A stretch of 64,000 bases of DNA from Dehalococcoidia bacterium (GCA_965204905.1 OZ242042.1:1282778-1346777); one strand, 5' to 3'; positions 35,663 to 44,769 are shown, numbered from the stretch's first letter. Numbers and translations: made by a program. The notes: generated by a model from the sequence alone, not told the origin.

Positions 35663-36673
35663 ATGGCGACGCGCATCGGTATCAACGGCTTTGGCCGCAT
35701 CGGGCGGCTGGTGGCACGCGCGGCCCTTTCCGACACTTACCGAGACCGGCTGGACCTGGTGGCGGTCAACGGCACGGGCGACACCGATACCGCCGCCCAT
35801 CTGTTCAAGTACGACAGCACCTACGGTCCGTATGCGGGAACCGTCGGAACCGATAATGGGAACCTGGTTTTTGACGGCAAAACCGTTCGCAAATTCCAGC
35901 AACCAGACCCCGCCAACATTCCCTGGTCGGAGATGGATGTTGACATCGTGGTGGAATGCACCGGGGTTTTCACCGATGCCGCCAAAGCCGCCGCGCACAT
36001 TGACAGTGGCGGCGCCAAAAAGGTGATCATCTCGGCGCCGGCCCGGGGGGCGGACGCGACCATTGTCCTGGGCGTCAACGACGAGGTGTACCAGGGCGAC
36101 GAGCATCGCATCATTTCCAACGCCTCCTGCACCACCAACTGCTTCGCGCCGATGGTGAAGGTGCTGCACGACGCGTTCGGCATCGAGCGCGGATTGATGT
36201 CCACCATCCACGCCTACACCAACGACCAGAGCATCCTGGACCGCAACCACCGGGACTTGCGACGCGCCCGCGCCGCCGCCCAGAACATCGTCCCCACCAG
36301 CACTGGGGCGGCCCGCTCCGTGGGCGTGGTTCTTCCTGAGTTGGAGGGCAAGCTGCACGGCATCGCCTACCGAATCCCCACCTCCGTGGGATCGGTGACC
36401 GACTTCGTGGCCGACCTGAAGCAGAACGTCACAAAGGATGACATCAACGCCGCGTTCAAGACGGCGTCGGAAGGCTCCCTGAAAGGCATCCTGGAGTACA
36501 CGGAAGACCCCATCGTCAGCTCGGATATTCGCGGCAATACCCACAGCTGCATTTTCGACGGGTTGAGCACCATGGTGCTGGACGACAACATGGTCAAGGT
36601 GATGGGTTGGTACGATAACGAGTGGGGTTATTCCTGCCGCACCGCCGACTTGTGTTGCATGGTGGGCGGATAG
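35663..36673 (+). CDS. gap: type I glyceraldehyde-3-phosphate dehydrogenase
   Basis: 336-aa ORF. INGFGRIGR, active site SNASCTTNC, WYDNEWGYS. Confidence 0.97.
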   Translation: MATRIGINGFGRIGRLVARAALSDTYRDRLDLVAVNGTGDTDTAAHLFKYDSTYGPYAGTVGTDNGNLVFDGKTVRKFQQPDPANIPWSEMDVDIVVECTGVFTDAAKAAAHIDSGGAKKVIISAPARGADATIVLGVNDEVYQGDEHRIISNASCTTNCFAPMVKVLHDAFGIERGLMSTIHAYTNDQSILDRNHRDLRRARAAAQNIVPTSTGAARSVGVVLPELEGKLHGIAYRIPTSVGSVTDFVADLKQNVTKDDINAAFKTASEGSLKGILEYTEDPIVSSDIRGNTHSCIFDGLSTMVLDDNMVKVMGWYDNEWGYSCRTADLCCMVGG

Positions 36674-36697
36674 GCTATACCGCCCGGGGTAATCGTA

Positions 36698-39600
36698 TTG
36701 AACGCGCTCCGGTTCCGCATACCTGGCCCCCTGCGTCATTTGTGGGGGGCTAATTTTTTGCTGGTGGCGCTGCTGGCAGTTGCGTTGGCGTTGCGCCTTT
36801 ACGGGATCGACTGGGACCAGGGCCACGGGTTCCATCCCGATGAGCGGTCGTTCTATATGCGGGCCGGGGATATGCTGTGCCTGCTCACGGCCGGCCCGGA
36901 TACTGACGGCCCCTATTGCTCGGCGGCGCACCTCCGCTCTCTGCTGGCCGGCGATCAATTCCAGGGGATAGAGCCGGGGCTGCCCGATCTCCGAACTGCA
37001 CTGTCCGCCGAGCGCAGCCCGCTGAATCCCCGCTGGTTCCCCCTGGGCAGCGCGCTGATCTACGCTCTCGTCCTGCTGCGTACGTTGCTGGAACCGTTCG
37101 TAGATTGGGGCGTGATGGAGCTCAGATTCGCGGGGCGCACGCTGGCGGCGCTGGCCGACGTGGGTTCGGTGTGGCTGCTCTACCTCTTAGGCCGGCGCAT
37201 GTATGGGCCGTGGACGGGCATTTTGGCCGCTGCCTTCACCACCTTTGCGGTTATTCACATTCAGCACGCCCACTTTTACCGCCCTGAGCCATTTACGGTG
37301 TTGGCATCACTGGGTGCGTTGTGGGCTATGCTCCGTTTCATCGACTCAGGGCGGGCCCGCGACGCCGCGTTGTTGGGCGCGCTGGTGGGCCTGGCGATGG
37401 CGCCCAAGGTATCGGTCGCGCCGATTCTGGCGCCGCTTGTGCTCACGTTCCTGTGGGTGGCCAAGGACCGCGCCCAACGGGAGTGGACGCAGTTGAGGCC
37501 CGGCGACATCGCGCGTGTTGTCCCGGTGGCCGCGTTGGCTGGCGTGGCGGCCCTGGGGACGTTCTTCATCACCACGCCCTACGCTTTCCTGGACTTCGCC
37601 AATTTCATCGGCGACATACGCGAGCAGGCCGGCATGGCCGGCGAGGCCGGGCGGTTCCCGTTCACCTGGCAGTATGCTGACACGCCGGCTTTCCTGTACC
37701 AGATTCGTCAGACGGCGGTTTGGGGACTTGGTCTTCCGTTGGGCATAGCCGCGTGGGTGGCGGCTCCGGTGACTGCGTGGTTCGCCTGGCGCGGCGGCAT
37801 CACCCAACGCTCCGATCTGCTGCTTTTGGCATGGGCGGTGCCGGCTTTTGTGTTCCTGGAGTTGTTCGAGGTCAAGTTCCTGCGCTACGTGTTTCCGCTA
37901 ATGCCGTTCTACATCCTGATGGCGGCGCGGGTGCTGGTGGCTTTTGTGGCTTGGGCCAGAACTCGCCGGCTGCTGGTTGACGGGAGTCGTGAACCCCTGC
38001 CCGACGATGCGCCGTTCTCGGAGGAGTGGCACGCCACGCCGCCCACTGTGGGTGACGACCTGATCTTCGACGAACCGCTGTTTGGCGATGAACCCTTCGG
38101 CGACGCTCCCTTTTCGGAAGAGTGGCACGCTACTCCGCCGCTCGCCGGAGCATCGGTGTCTGCCGCGCCTATCGTGCCTGCTCCCCTTTCGCCGCCTGCT
38201 TACCGGCCTGGGCTCGCCGGGTTAATCGACCGTTGGGCCCTCCCAGCAGCGCTGACCACCCTGGTGCTTGTGCTCGCCGTGACCTTCCTCTACGCCGTGG
38301 CGTTTGTCGGTGTCTATGGCCGCACTCACACGGCCGTTGCTGCCTCGGATTGGATCAACGACAACGTTTCCCGCAATGCGTCCATCATCAACGGCGGTTC
38401 GTACTGGGATGAGCAGATACCCAACCTGCGCGGTTACGATCTCTGGACGTTCCCCGCCTATCACCCCGATCACGATCCCAACAAGATTCCCGAGTTGATT
38501 GAACGGCTGGCCGACTCCGACTATGTGATTTTCTACTCCAACCGCGCTTATGGTTCGGTGGCGCGTCTGCCCGATGAGTTTCCGCAGAGTTCCGCGTTCT
38601 ACCGGCTGTTGTTCTCGGGCGAACTGGGCTACCAACTGGAGCGGGCGTTTACGTCATACTCATCGTTGGCTGGCGTTCAGCTGCGGGACGATCCCTACGG
38701 GCGGGCCGGGCTGGCAACGCCACCCATCGCGTCGGGCGGCAACGACGGACAGCCGGACGGCATCGTAATCAACCTGGGGTACGCCGATGAGAACGTCATC
38801 GGGTACGACCATCCGCAAGTGTTGATATTTCGGAACGTGGAGCAGCTAGCGGAGCGGCAGATACGGAACAGTATCAACGCGGCAGCGGAGGCCGCTGCAT
38901 CAACCGACGCTCCCCTGATGCTGTCTCCGCCCGCGCTGGAGGCGCAGCGGTCGGGCGGGACCTGGTCGGAACTTTTCAACCGGGACGGTTGGGCCAATCG
39001 TGCGCCCTGGCTATCGTGGCTGTTGGTGATCGAGCTGATCTGCCTGGTTGCCTTCCCGTTCACCTGGTGGCTGATGCGACCGCTGCCCGACCGGGGCATC
39101 CTGTTCGCCCGGGTGTTGGGCTTGCTGCTGGTGGCCTGGGTGGCCTGGATGCTGGTGAACGTCGGCGTGTTGCGCTTTTCGGCGGGTACGGTGTGGGTGG
39201 CGATGTTCGTCGTTGCGATACCGTCCGCCGTTGTCCTCTGGCGACAATGGCGACCGATGGTTGATTGGCTGCGTGAAAAATGGCGGTTGGCACTCACTGC
39301 CGAGGCGTTATTTCTGCTGGCCTATCTCGCGTTCGTGCTGGTGCGCGCCGCCAACCCCGATCTGTGGCACCCGTGGCGCGGCGGCGAAAAGCCCATGGAG
39401 CTGGCTTACTTCACTGCGGTCGCGCGTTCTTCCGTGCTGCCGCCATACGATCCTTGGTTCAGTGGCGGTTATCTGAACTACTACTATTGGGGATATTTCA
39501 TCCTCTCGGTTCCCGTGCGGCTCACGGGCATCCCGCCGGCCACCGCGTTTAATGTTGCCGTGCCGCTGCTGTTTGCGCTGACGGCGACGGGGGTCGGTTC

Positions 39601-41485
39601 GCTGGTGTATAACCTGGTCGCCGCGGCACGCCGCCGTCAATCATCGGCTCCTTTCCCGCAATCGTTCTCCCCCGGCGGCGCTTGGATTCCGGCTTTCGCC
39701 GGAATGACGGTGAGGAGGATGGTCCGATGGTTTCCCGGCGGCGCAGCCGTCGCCGGACTTGCTGCTGCCCTCATGGCCACTGTGTCGGGCAATCTCGACG
39801 GCGTTGCGCAACTCGGCGAAATGGCGCAACGAAAATTGGACGGAATGGCCGCTCCACTGTCGAGTTTCGATTTCTGGCGCAGCAGCCGCGCAATCCCTGA
39901 AGTGCCCGAATTCGAGCCGTCCAGGCTCACGCCATGGCTCGAATCCGACAATTTAGTAGAAACGGCGTTTCACATCACAGAGTTCCCATTCTTCACCTTC
40001 CTCTTCGCCGACCTGCATGCCCACATGATGACCATGCCCTTTGCCGTACTTTCATTGGCGTTGGGATTCGCCTTGATTGCTGGTTTGAGCCGGGTGTCGT
40101 TGCGCGCCTTATGGCCCTGGGTTGTCGTTGTGATGCTTGCGCTGGCGGTGGGAAGTCTGTGGGCGATCAATTCGTGGGAGTACCCGGCCTACGCTCTGTT
40201 GATGCTCGGATGCGTCGTCGGCGCCGCGTGGATAATGCCGGGCCGGATCAGGATACGCCTGGCCGTCGCAGTCGCGTTGAGCCTGCTGACACTGGTGGTG
40301 AGCTATCTCGCTTTTCAACCGTTCCACGCCTCCAACGAGACCTTCGGAACCGGCATCGAACCCACCCGTTGGCGCACGCCCGTATACAACTACCTACTGA
40401 TCCACGCCTTGCCGCTGCTTGCGGCTGTGTGCCTGCTGTCCGCCACTTTGCCCCGCGCCATCGCTCCGGTCCTGGCGCGCGTGAAACGGCGCGAACCGCC
40501 GGTGGTTCTGGATCAATGGCTGTTGGTCGGCGCGGCCCTGGGTCTGATTCTGGTCTGCTACTTCTGGGCGGCAGGGTTTATCACCGTCGGATTCCTTGCC
40601 GTCGCGCTCACGCTAACGGCGTGGGCATTGCTCGCATCTCTGGCAGCCGAAGAATATCCCCAGCGTCGTGCCGACCTGATGGCGTTGGCGATGCTGGCAA
40701 TGGCCCTCGCTATCGGCATTGGCGTTGACCTGATTCGCGTCGAGGGCGACATCGCGCGGATGAACACGCTGTTCAAGTATTACCTGGTGGCGTGGCTGTT
40801 GTTCGCAGCGTCCGGCGCCTATGGGCTGTGGCGCGGCTGGACGTTCGCCAATAACGTGGGGGGGTTCGCGCGCAACACGCTCAGGTGGATGGCGGCTGGC
40901 GTCGTTCTGGCCATCTTTGCGGGAACTTTAGTCTATCCCGCGCTGGCTACTCCGGTTCGCATCGCCGACCGATTCAACCCCTTGCCGCCGACGCTGGACG
41001 GGGAAGTGTGGATGCCGGCCGCGGTGTATCATCCCCCGGACTGGTGCGCCGAACGGCCCCTGGAACCCATCGAACTGAAATGGGATTACGAGGCGATGCG
41101 TTGGCTTCAGGATAACGTCTCTGGGACGCCGGTCGTGCTGGAGGGACACGGCACTCAATACTGCTGGAACAGCCGCGTTGCGCAGTACACGGGTCTGCCC
41201 ACCGTTCTGGGCTGGCCCTGGCACCAGCAGCAGCAGCGCGGCGACGGCGAAATCGTACGCCGGCGCGCCCGGGACATAGAGACCATGTACAGCACGCCCA
41301 GCCACGACCGGGCGCTGGAGTTGCTGGAGGAATACGACGTTGAGTACATCGTCGTCGGGGCTTTGGAACGCGGCTACTACGGCGAGCGAGGAATCGCCAA
41401 GTTCGATGCCATGGTCGAAAAAGGTTCGTTGACCCTGGCCTACGGCAACGATGGCACGCGGGTCTATCAGGTTGCGGGCCGTTGA
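36698..41485 (+). CDS. giant polytopic membrane protein: GT-C/PMT-like N-terminal domain + DUF2298 (Chlor_Arch_YYY) domain
   Basis: 1595-aa ORF. GIDWDQGHGFHPDERSFYM near the N-terminus, dozens of TM segments, the signature GGYLNYYYWGYF (about 39466-39500), and a C-terminal soluble domain (LEEYDVEYIVVG). Confidence 0.85.
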   Translation: MNALRFRIPGPLRHLWGANFLLVALLAVALALRLYGIDWDQGHGFHPDERSFYMRAGDMLCLLTAGPDTDGPYCSAAHLRSLLAGDQFQGIEPGLPDLRTALSAERSPLNPRWFPLGSALIYALVLLRTLLEPFVDWGVMELRFAGRTLAALADVGSVWLLYLLGRRMYGPWTGILAAAFTTFAVIHIQHAHFYRPEPFTVLASLGALWAMLRFIDSGRARDAALLGALVGLAMAPKVSVAPILAPLVLTFLWVAKDRAQREWTQLRPGDIARVVPVAALAGVAALGTFFITTPYAFLDFANFIGDIREQAGMAGEAGRFPFTWQYADTPAFLYQIRQTAVWGLGLPLGIAAWVAAPVTAWFAWRGGITQRSDLLLLAWAVPAFVFLELFEVKFLRYVFPLMPFYILMAARVLVAFVAWARTRRLLVDGSREPLPDDAPFSEEWHATPPTVGDDLIFDEPLFGDEPFGDAPFSEEWHATPPLAGASVSAAPIVPAPLSPPAYRPGLAGLIDRWALPAALTTLVLVLAVTFLYAVAFVGVYGRTHTAVAASDWINDNVSRNASIINGGSYWDEQIPNLRGYDLWTFPAYHPDHDPNKIPELIERLADSDYVIFYSNRAYGSVARLPDEFPQSSAFYRLLFSGELGYQLERAFTSYSSLAGVQLRDDPYGRAGLATPPIASGGNDGQPDGIVINLGYADENVIGYDHPQVLIFRNVEQLAERQIRNSINAAAEAAASTDAPLMLSPPALEAQRSGGTWSELFNRDGWANRAPWLSWLLVIELICLVAFPFTWWLMRPLPDRGILFARVLGLLLVAWVAWMLVNVGVLRFSAGTVWVAMFVVAIPSAVVLWRQWRPMVDWLREKWRLALTAEALFLLAYLAFVLVRAANPDLWHPWRGGEKPMELAYFTAVARSSVLPPYDPWFSGGYLNYYYWGYFILSVPVRLTGIPPATAFNVAVPLLFALTATGVGSLVYNLVAAARRRQSSAPFPQSFSPGGAWIPAFAGMTVRRMVRWFPGGAAVAGLAAALMATVSGNLDGVAQLGEMAQRKLDGMAAPLSSFDFWRSSRAIPEVPEFEPSRLTPWLESDNLVETAFHITEFPFFTFLFADLHAHMMTMPFAVLSLALGFALIAGLSRVSLRALWPWVVVVMLALAVGSLWAINSWEYPAYALLMLGCVVGAAWIMPGRIRIRLAVAVALSLLTLVVSYLAFQPFHASNETFGTGIEPTRWRTPVYNYLLIHALPLLAAVCLLSATLPRAIAPVLARVKRREPPVVLDQWLLVGAALGLILVCYFWAAGFITVGFLAVALTLTAWALLASLAAEEYPQRRADLMALAMLAMALAIGIGVDLIRVEGDIARMNTLFKYYLVAWLLFAASGAYGLWRGWTFANNVGGFARNTLRWMAAGVVLAIFAGTLVYPALATPVRIADRFNPLPPTLDGEVWMPAAVYHPPDWCAERPLEPIELKWDYEAMRWLQDNVSGTPVVLEGHGTQYCWNSRVAQYTGLPTVLGWPWHQQQQRGDGEIVRRRARDIETMYSTPSHDRALELLEEYDVEYIVVGALERGYYGERGIAKFDAMVEKGSLTLAYGNDGTRVYQVAGR
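39686..39705. repeat. ATTCCGGC-TTTC-GCCGGAAT palindromic element lying in frame inside the DUF2298 CDS
   Basis: CTTGGATTCCGGCTTTCGCCGGAATGACGGTGAGG matches the intergenic copies at 26459 and 41547, with compensatory C/G stem changes. It is translated as AWIPAFAGMTVR. Confidence 0.75.
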
Positions 41486-41497
41486 CTAGCAGTAGTT

Positions 41498-41517
41498 ATT
41501 CCGACGAAAGCCGGAAT
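41498..41517. repeat. ATTCCGAC-GAAA-GCCGGAAT palindromic element
   Basis: First of two tandem copies just after the DUF2298 stop. Confidence 0.7.
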
Positions 41518-41546
41518 GCAGCGTTCATGTTGCGATGGCGTTCTGG

Positions 41547-41566
41547 ATTCCCGCGAAAGCGGGAAT
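41547..41566. repeat. ATTCCCGC-GAAA-GCGGGAAT palindromic element
   Basis: Perfect 8-bp stem, GNRA-type loop, GGATTCCC...GGGAATGACGG flanks. Confidence 0.8.
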
Positions 41567-41600
41567 GACGGGGTGGGTTAGGGAATGGCAGGATGAGTTT

Positions 41601-41629
41601 TTGACCGGCCCCAACCCTTACCCTATAAT
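41601..41629 (+). promoter_or_regulatory. near-consensus sigma70 promoter of the Gfo/Idh/MocA gene
   Basis: TTGACC (41601-41606), 17 nt, TATAAT (41624-41629). The GTG start at 41681 has a GGAGG SD. Confidence 0.6.
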
Positions 41630-41680
41630 CGCGTTCGCTGCGCCGTTGCTGACAACCCTGCCGGCGCTGGAGGTACAACT

Positions 41681-42715
41681 GTGGCAATCGAATCCGTCCG
41701 CGTCGGCCTGATCGGCGCCGGCCGCAACACCCGAGACCGGCACATTCCCGGCTTCAACGACACTCCCGGCGTTGAGATTGGCGCCGTTGCCAACCGCTCC
41801 CGCGAGTCCGGCCAGCAGGTCGCTGACGCTTTCAACATCCCCACCGTCTATGACAATTGGGAAGAACTGCTGGAAGACGAGAGCCTGGACGCGGTTTGCA
41901 TCGGCACGTGGCCGTATATGCACCGCACGTTGACGACTGCCGCGCTGGCCGCCGGCAAGCACGTCCTTTGCGAAGCGCGTATGGCCATGAATGCGGCCGA
42001 GGCCCACGAGATGTTGGCCGTATCTCAGCAGACCCCCGGATTGGTGGCCCAGATTGTGCCGTCGCCCATGAGTTTCGGCATTGATGACCTGCTCATCCGG
42101 CTCATATCCGAGGGATTCCTGGGCGAGTTGGTGTCGGTGGACGTGCAGTCCCAGACGGGTTTTGCCGACCGTGATTCGACCATGCACTGGCGGCAGGACC
42201 GAGACCTCAGCGGGTTCAACATCCTCAACATGGGGATCTGGTACGAGGCGATGATCCGCTGGGTGGGACGCGCTACCCAAGTCATGGCCATGAGCAAGAT
42301 TTCGGTGCCCCACCGCAGGGACGACGATGCCAACTGGCGTTCCGTCACGATCCCCGACACGGTGGACATCCTGTGCCGCCTCGCCAATGGGGCCAATGCC
42401 CACCTGCGGTTCAGCGCCTGCGCCGGCCTGTCGCCCGGAAACTCGGTGTGGCTGTACGGCACCGACGGGACCATCCACGTGGACAACCGGATGCGGGTGT
42501 TCGGCGGCAAGCGCGGCGACTCCGAGTTGCAGGAAATCGCCAACCCGCCGGAAAGCCGCTATGCGTGGGCAGTGGAGCAGGAGTTCATCGCCTCCATCCG
42601 GGATGGCGCGCCCGTGATGCGCACCCCGTTCAACATCGGCGTCCACTACATGGAGTGGACGGAGGCCGTGACCGTCAGCGCCCAAACCGGCGAGGCGGTG
42701 TATTTGCCGCTGTAA
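41681..42715 (+). CDS. Gfo/Idh/MocA-family NAD(P)-dependent oxidoreductase
   Basis: 344-aa ORF. VRVGLIGAGRNTRDRHIPGF, GKHVLCEARMA. Confidence 0.9.
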   Translation: MAIESVRVGLIGAGRNTRDRHIPGFNDTPGVEIGAVANRSRESGQQVADAFNIPTVYDNWEELLEDESLDAVCIGTWPYMHRTLTTAALAAGKHVLCEARMAMNAAEAHEMLAVSQQTPGLVAQIVPSPMSFGIDDLLIRLISEGFLGELVSVDVQSQTGFADRDSTMHWRQDRDLSGFNILNMGIWYEAMIRWVGRATQVMAMSKISVPHRRDDDANWRSVTIPDTVDILCRLANGANAHLRFSACAGLSPGNSVWLYGTDGTIHVDNRMRVFGGKRGDSELQEIANPPESRYAWAVEQEFIASIRDGAPVMRTPFNIGVHYMEWTEAVTVSAQTGEAVYLPL

Positions 42716-42738
42716 ATCCACAGGAACAATCACGAAAC

Positions 42739-42767
42739 GTAGGGGCGGGTTTCAAACCCGCCCCTAC
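42739..42767. repeat. 29-nt perfect hairpin GTAGGGGCGGG-TTTCAAA-CCCGCCCCTAC between convergent genes
   Basis: 11-bp stem. A sister copy lies at 56700-56728 (GTAGGGGCAGG-TTTCAAA-CCTGCCCCTAC, compensatory change). Confidence 0.85.
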
Positions 42768-42792
42768 GAATTGGGCCAATCGTCGGCGTCGT

Positions 42793-43335
42793 TTACCTAT
42801 CCACCAGACACGCAATCGCCTGTGGCGCGGCCGTTGCCGCGCGTTCCGACAGTTCGGAGTCGTTGAGGGTGACGATGGGGTGCTCTACGATGGCCAAGCC
42901 GTACTCCGGGTCGCCGCGCATCCGGGACATGGCGTGCGCCTGGCTGATGAACGGACGGGTGGTCAGCACGGTTGAGGGGATGCCCAGCAGTTCGGTTTCC
43001 ATTGCGTCGTGCACACTGCACGCGGTGCAGGACCCTCATTCAGCCGTGGCGTGTATCGCTACGTCAATGCTCTTGGCGGTGCGTTGCAGGTCCTCAATGC
43101 GGGCCGGCCACTGCCAGCCGCCCTTGTTGTGCTCAACGGTGCCGGCGATGTCGTAACGCTCGCCGATGATGGCGGCGATACGTCGCAGCAGGTCTTCCGA
43201 GTGGGGCTTGTTGTTGGCGAACAAGCCGATTACCTTGCCGTCCAGAGTCGCCGGCCGTTGCGCCAGGCGCGCCGGAGCCTGCGGCCCGTCGTCGCGGGGG
43301 TCCAGCGTCACGATTGGTGAGTTCTGCATTGTCAT
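42793..43335 (-). CDS. UGSC-family protein, probable selenoprotein (Sec at the in-frame TGA 43036-43038)
   Basis: ORFs 43036..43380 and 42793..43014 are in the same frame, separated only by a TGA. Read-through gives ...SIDVAIHATAE-U-GSCTACSVHDAMETELLGIPSTVLTTRPF..., that is the U-G-S-C motif. Likely start MTMQNSP at 43335 (GAGGAG SD). Confidence 0.75.
43006..43033 (-). promoter_or_regulatory. candidate bacterial SECIS hairpin immediately 3' of UGA 43038-43036
   Basis: The mRNA reads UGAGG-GUCCUGCAC-CGCGUGCAGU-GUGCACGAC. Eight base pairs with one C.C mismatch and a 10-nt loop containing GU. Confidence 0.35.
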
Positions 43336-43392
43336 AGCATTTTCTCCTCGACGTGTAGTGACAATCCTGTTGCTCAGCATTTTTCCGGCCGC

Positions 43393-43689
43393 TCAATCCG
43401 CAACCGTTTCTTCGACCGCTCCTTGTTGCGACGGCTCTATGCCATGCTGTCGTAAAATGGCGTCCACGAAAGGCTTGAGCGCTCCTTGGGCGCCAATTAT
43501 GTGCATCCCAACGGCTAATGCGCCTGCACTGCCGGGGTCCTGATCATAGAACATCGCCACACCGTTGGCGATTGAATCGCCAAAAGCAGTATCCTCGCCA
43601 TTGGTGATGAACAGCACGTCTGCATCCGTGTCGTAGGTTACAGCGATATTTGGCAGGCCGGACTCCGGTTTCACTGATTTTGCGGCCAT
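43393..43689 (-). CDS. small DUF2283-like protein
   Basis: Start moved to ATG 43689 (GGAGG SD). IAVTYDTDADVLFITNG resembles the DUF2283 YDxExDxLYI motif. This is recall-based. Confidence 0.45.
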   Translation of the reverse strand: MAAKSVKPESGLPNIAVTYDTDADVLFITNGEDTAFGDSIANGVAMFYDQDPGSAGALAVGMHIIGAQGALKPFVDAILRQHGIEPSQQGAVEETVAD

Positions 43690-43767
43690 GGTCGTCCTCC
43701 AAATCGGTAGCCGGTCAAAAGCTCGCCGCAATCGCCCATTCTCGTCGCTGTGTTGGCTCATTTTACG

Positions 43768-44769
43768 CTAGCTCGGCACGTTCACCCGCCGAGTTACTGA
43801 CCGGCTGCTGCCCCAGGTGCTGATGAGGCTGACGAATCCGCCGGCCATGCCGCCGCCCGGCAGGACGGTGATGCGGTCGGCGTCGGCTACCACTGGGACC
43901 ATGCGGTCGTGGTCCAACTCGTGGCCCATGCGATGCCAGCGCATCCACTCGGCTACCGGGAGCTGGGCCTTTTCGTGCAGGAACTCCGCCACTCGCTGCC
44001 GCGACCAACCCGCCTCAGCGATGTGCAGCATGGCCTCCGGGCTAATGACGCAGATTACCTCCGGCATTCCGGGGCCGAAGGCCAGCATCGAGTGGGCCAC
44101 GGTGGTCAGAAAGTCCGCGGGATCCCGGTCGCCGTGCAGAGTGACCTGCAAGGGCCCCAAGGTGGCGTAGGCGGTCACTATCGTCGCGTCGTCGCCGTAG
44201 CCCAGTTCCGAGGCCAGCGACGGCCAGGGGCTGATCGCCAGGTTCTCGGGGAAGCAGAACGTGATCTTGCCGGGATGTCCGAAGGTGCTGTTGTCCATCA
44301 CCACCGGAACCGACCCGTAGAAGTTGGCCTTGAACAGGTTGACCGCCCGGCCGATAGCGGCGTTGGCCCGGCTGCCGTTGCCCATCATCTCGACACCACC
44401 GTTCATGCCGATGGCGTCGGCGTAGGGGCCGCTGACCACTGTCAGCACCGTTACGCCGTTGGTGGACGTGCTGCTGGCGTGCAGGTTGAACGAGCGGTCG
44501 GCGATGGCGGACAGGGATGCCAGCACCACCGGAAAGTGCTCGGGAGTGCAGCCGGCCATCACTGCGTTGACCGCCGCCTTGCCGGCCGTGAACCGCTTTT
44601 GCCGAATTACCTCGGTGCCCAGGTCGTGCTCGGCGGACACGCCGGCGTAGTCCAGCATCGCCTGCACCCGATCCTGGGTCGGCGGTACGATGGGCAGGCC
44701 GTCGGTGAGGCCGTTGTCAAAGTAGTAGTCCTGAGCGGCGCTCCAGTCGTCGAAACTATGTGTGGTCAT
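43768..44769 (-). CDS. conserved-looking hypothetical protein, family not recognised
   Basis: About 333 aa from MTTHSFDDWS. Globular and non-repetitive (GLTDGLPIVPPTQDRVQAMLDY, AVNAVMAGCTPEHFPVV, GNGSRANAAIGRAVNLF). First gene of the cassette ending in the UGSC gene. Confidence 0.6.
   Translation of the reverse strand: MTTHSFDDWSAAQDYYFDNGLTDGLPIVPPTQDRVQAMLDYAGVSAEHDLGTEVIRQKRFTAGKAAVNAVMAGCTPEHFPVVLASLSAIADRSFNLHASSTSTNGVTVLTVVSGPYADAIGMNGGVEMMGNGSRANAAIGRAVNLFKANFYGSVPVVMDNSTFGHPGKITFCFPENLAISPWPSLASELGYGDDATIVTAYATLGPLQVTLHGDRDPADFLTTVAHSMLAFGPGMPEVICVISPEAMLHIAEAGWSRQRVAEFLHEKAQLPVAEWMRWHRMGHELDHDRMVPVVADADRITVLPGGGMAGGFVSLISTWGSSRSVTRRVNVPS

Noticed and set aside
35621-36958. 445-aa minus-strand ORF
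   Set aside because: Antisense to gap (GAPDH). It has no recognisable motifs and is a high-GC shadow ORF.
42739-42767. tRNA-like or T-arm-like hairpins (GGGTTTCAAACCC; also 56700-56728 and GGGGGTTCCCTGCAACCCC near 8195)
   Set aside because: No acceptor, D or anticodon arms can be drawn. These are simple perfect palindromes that recur as dispersed repeats. I found no tRNA or tmRNA in the window by motif scanning.
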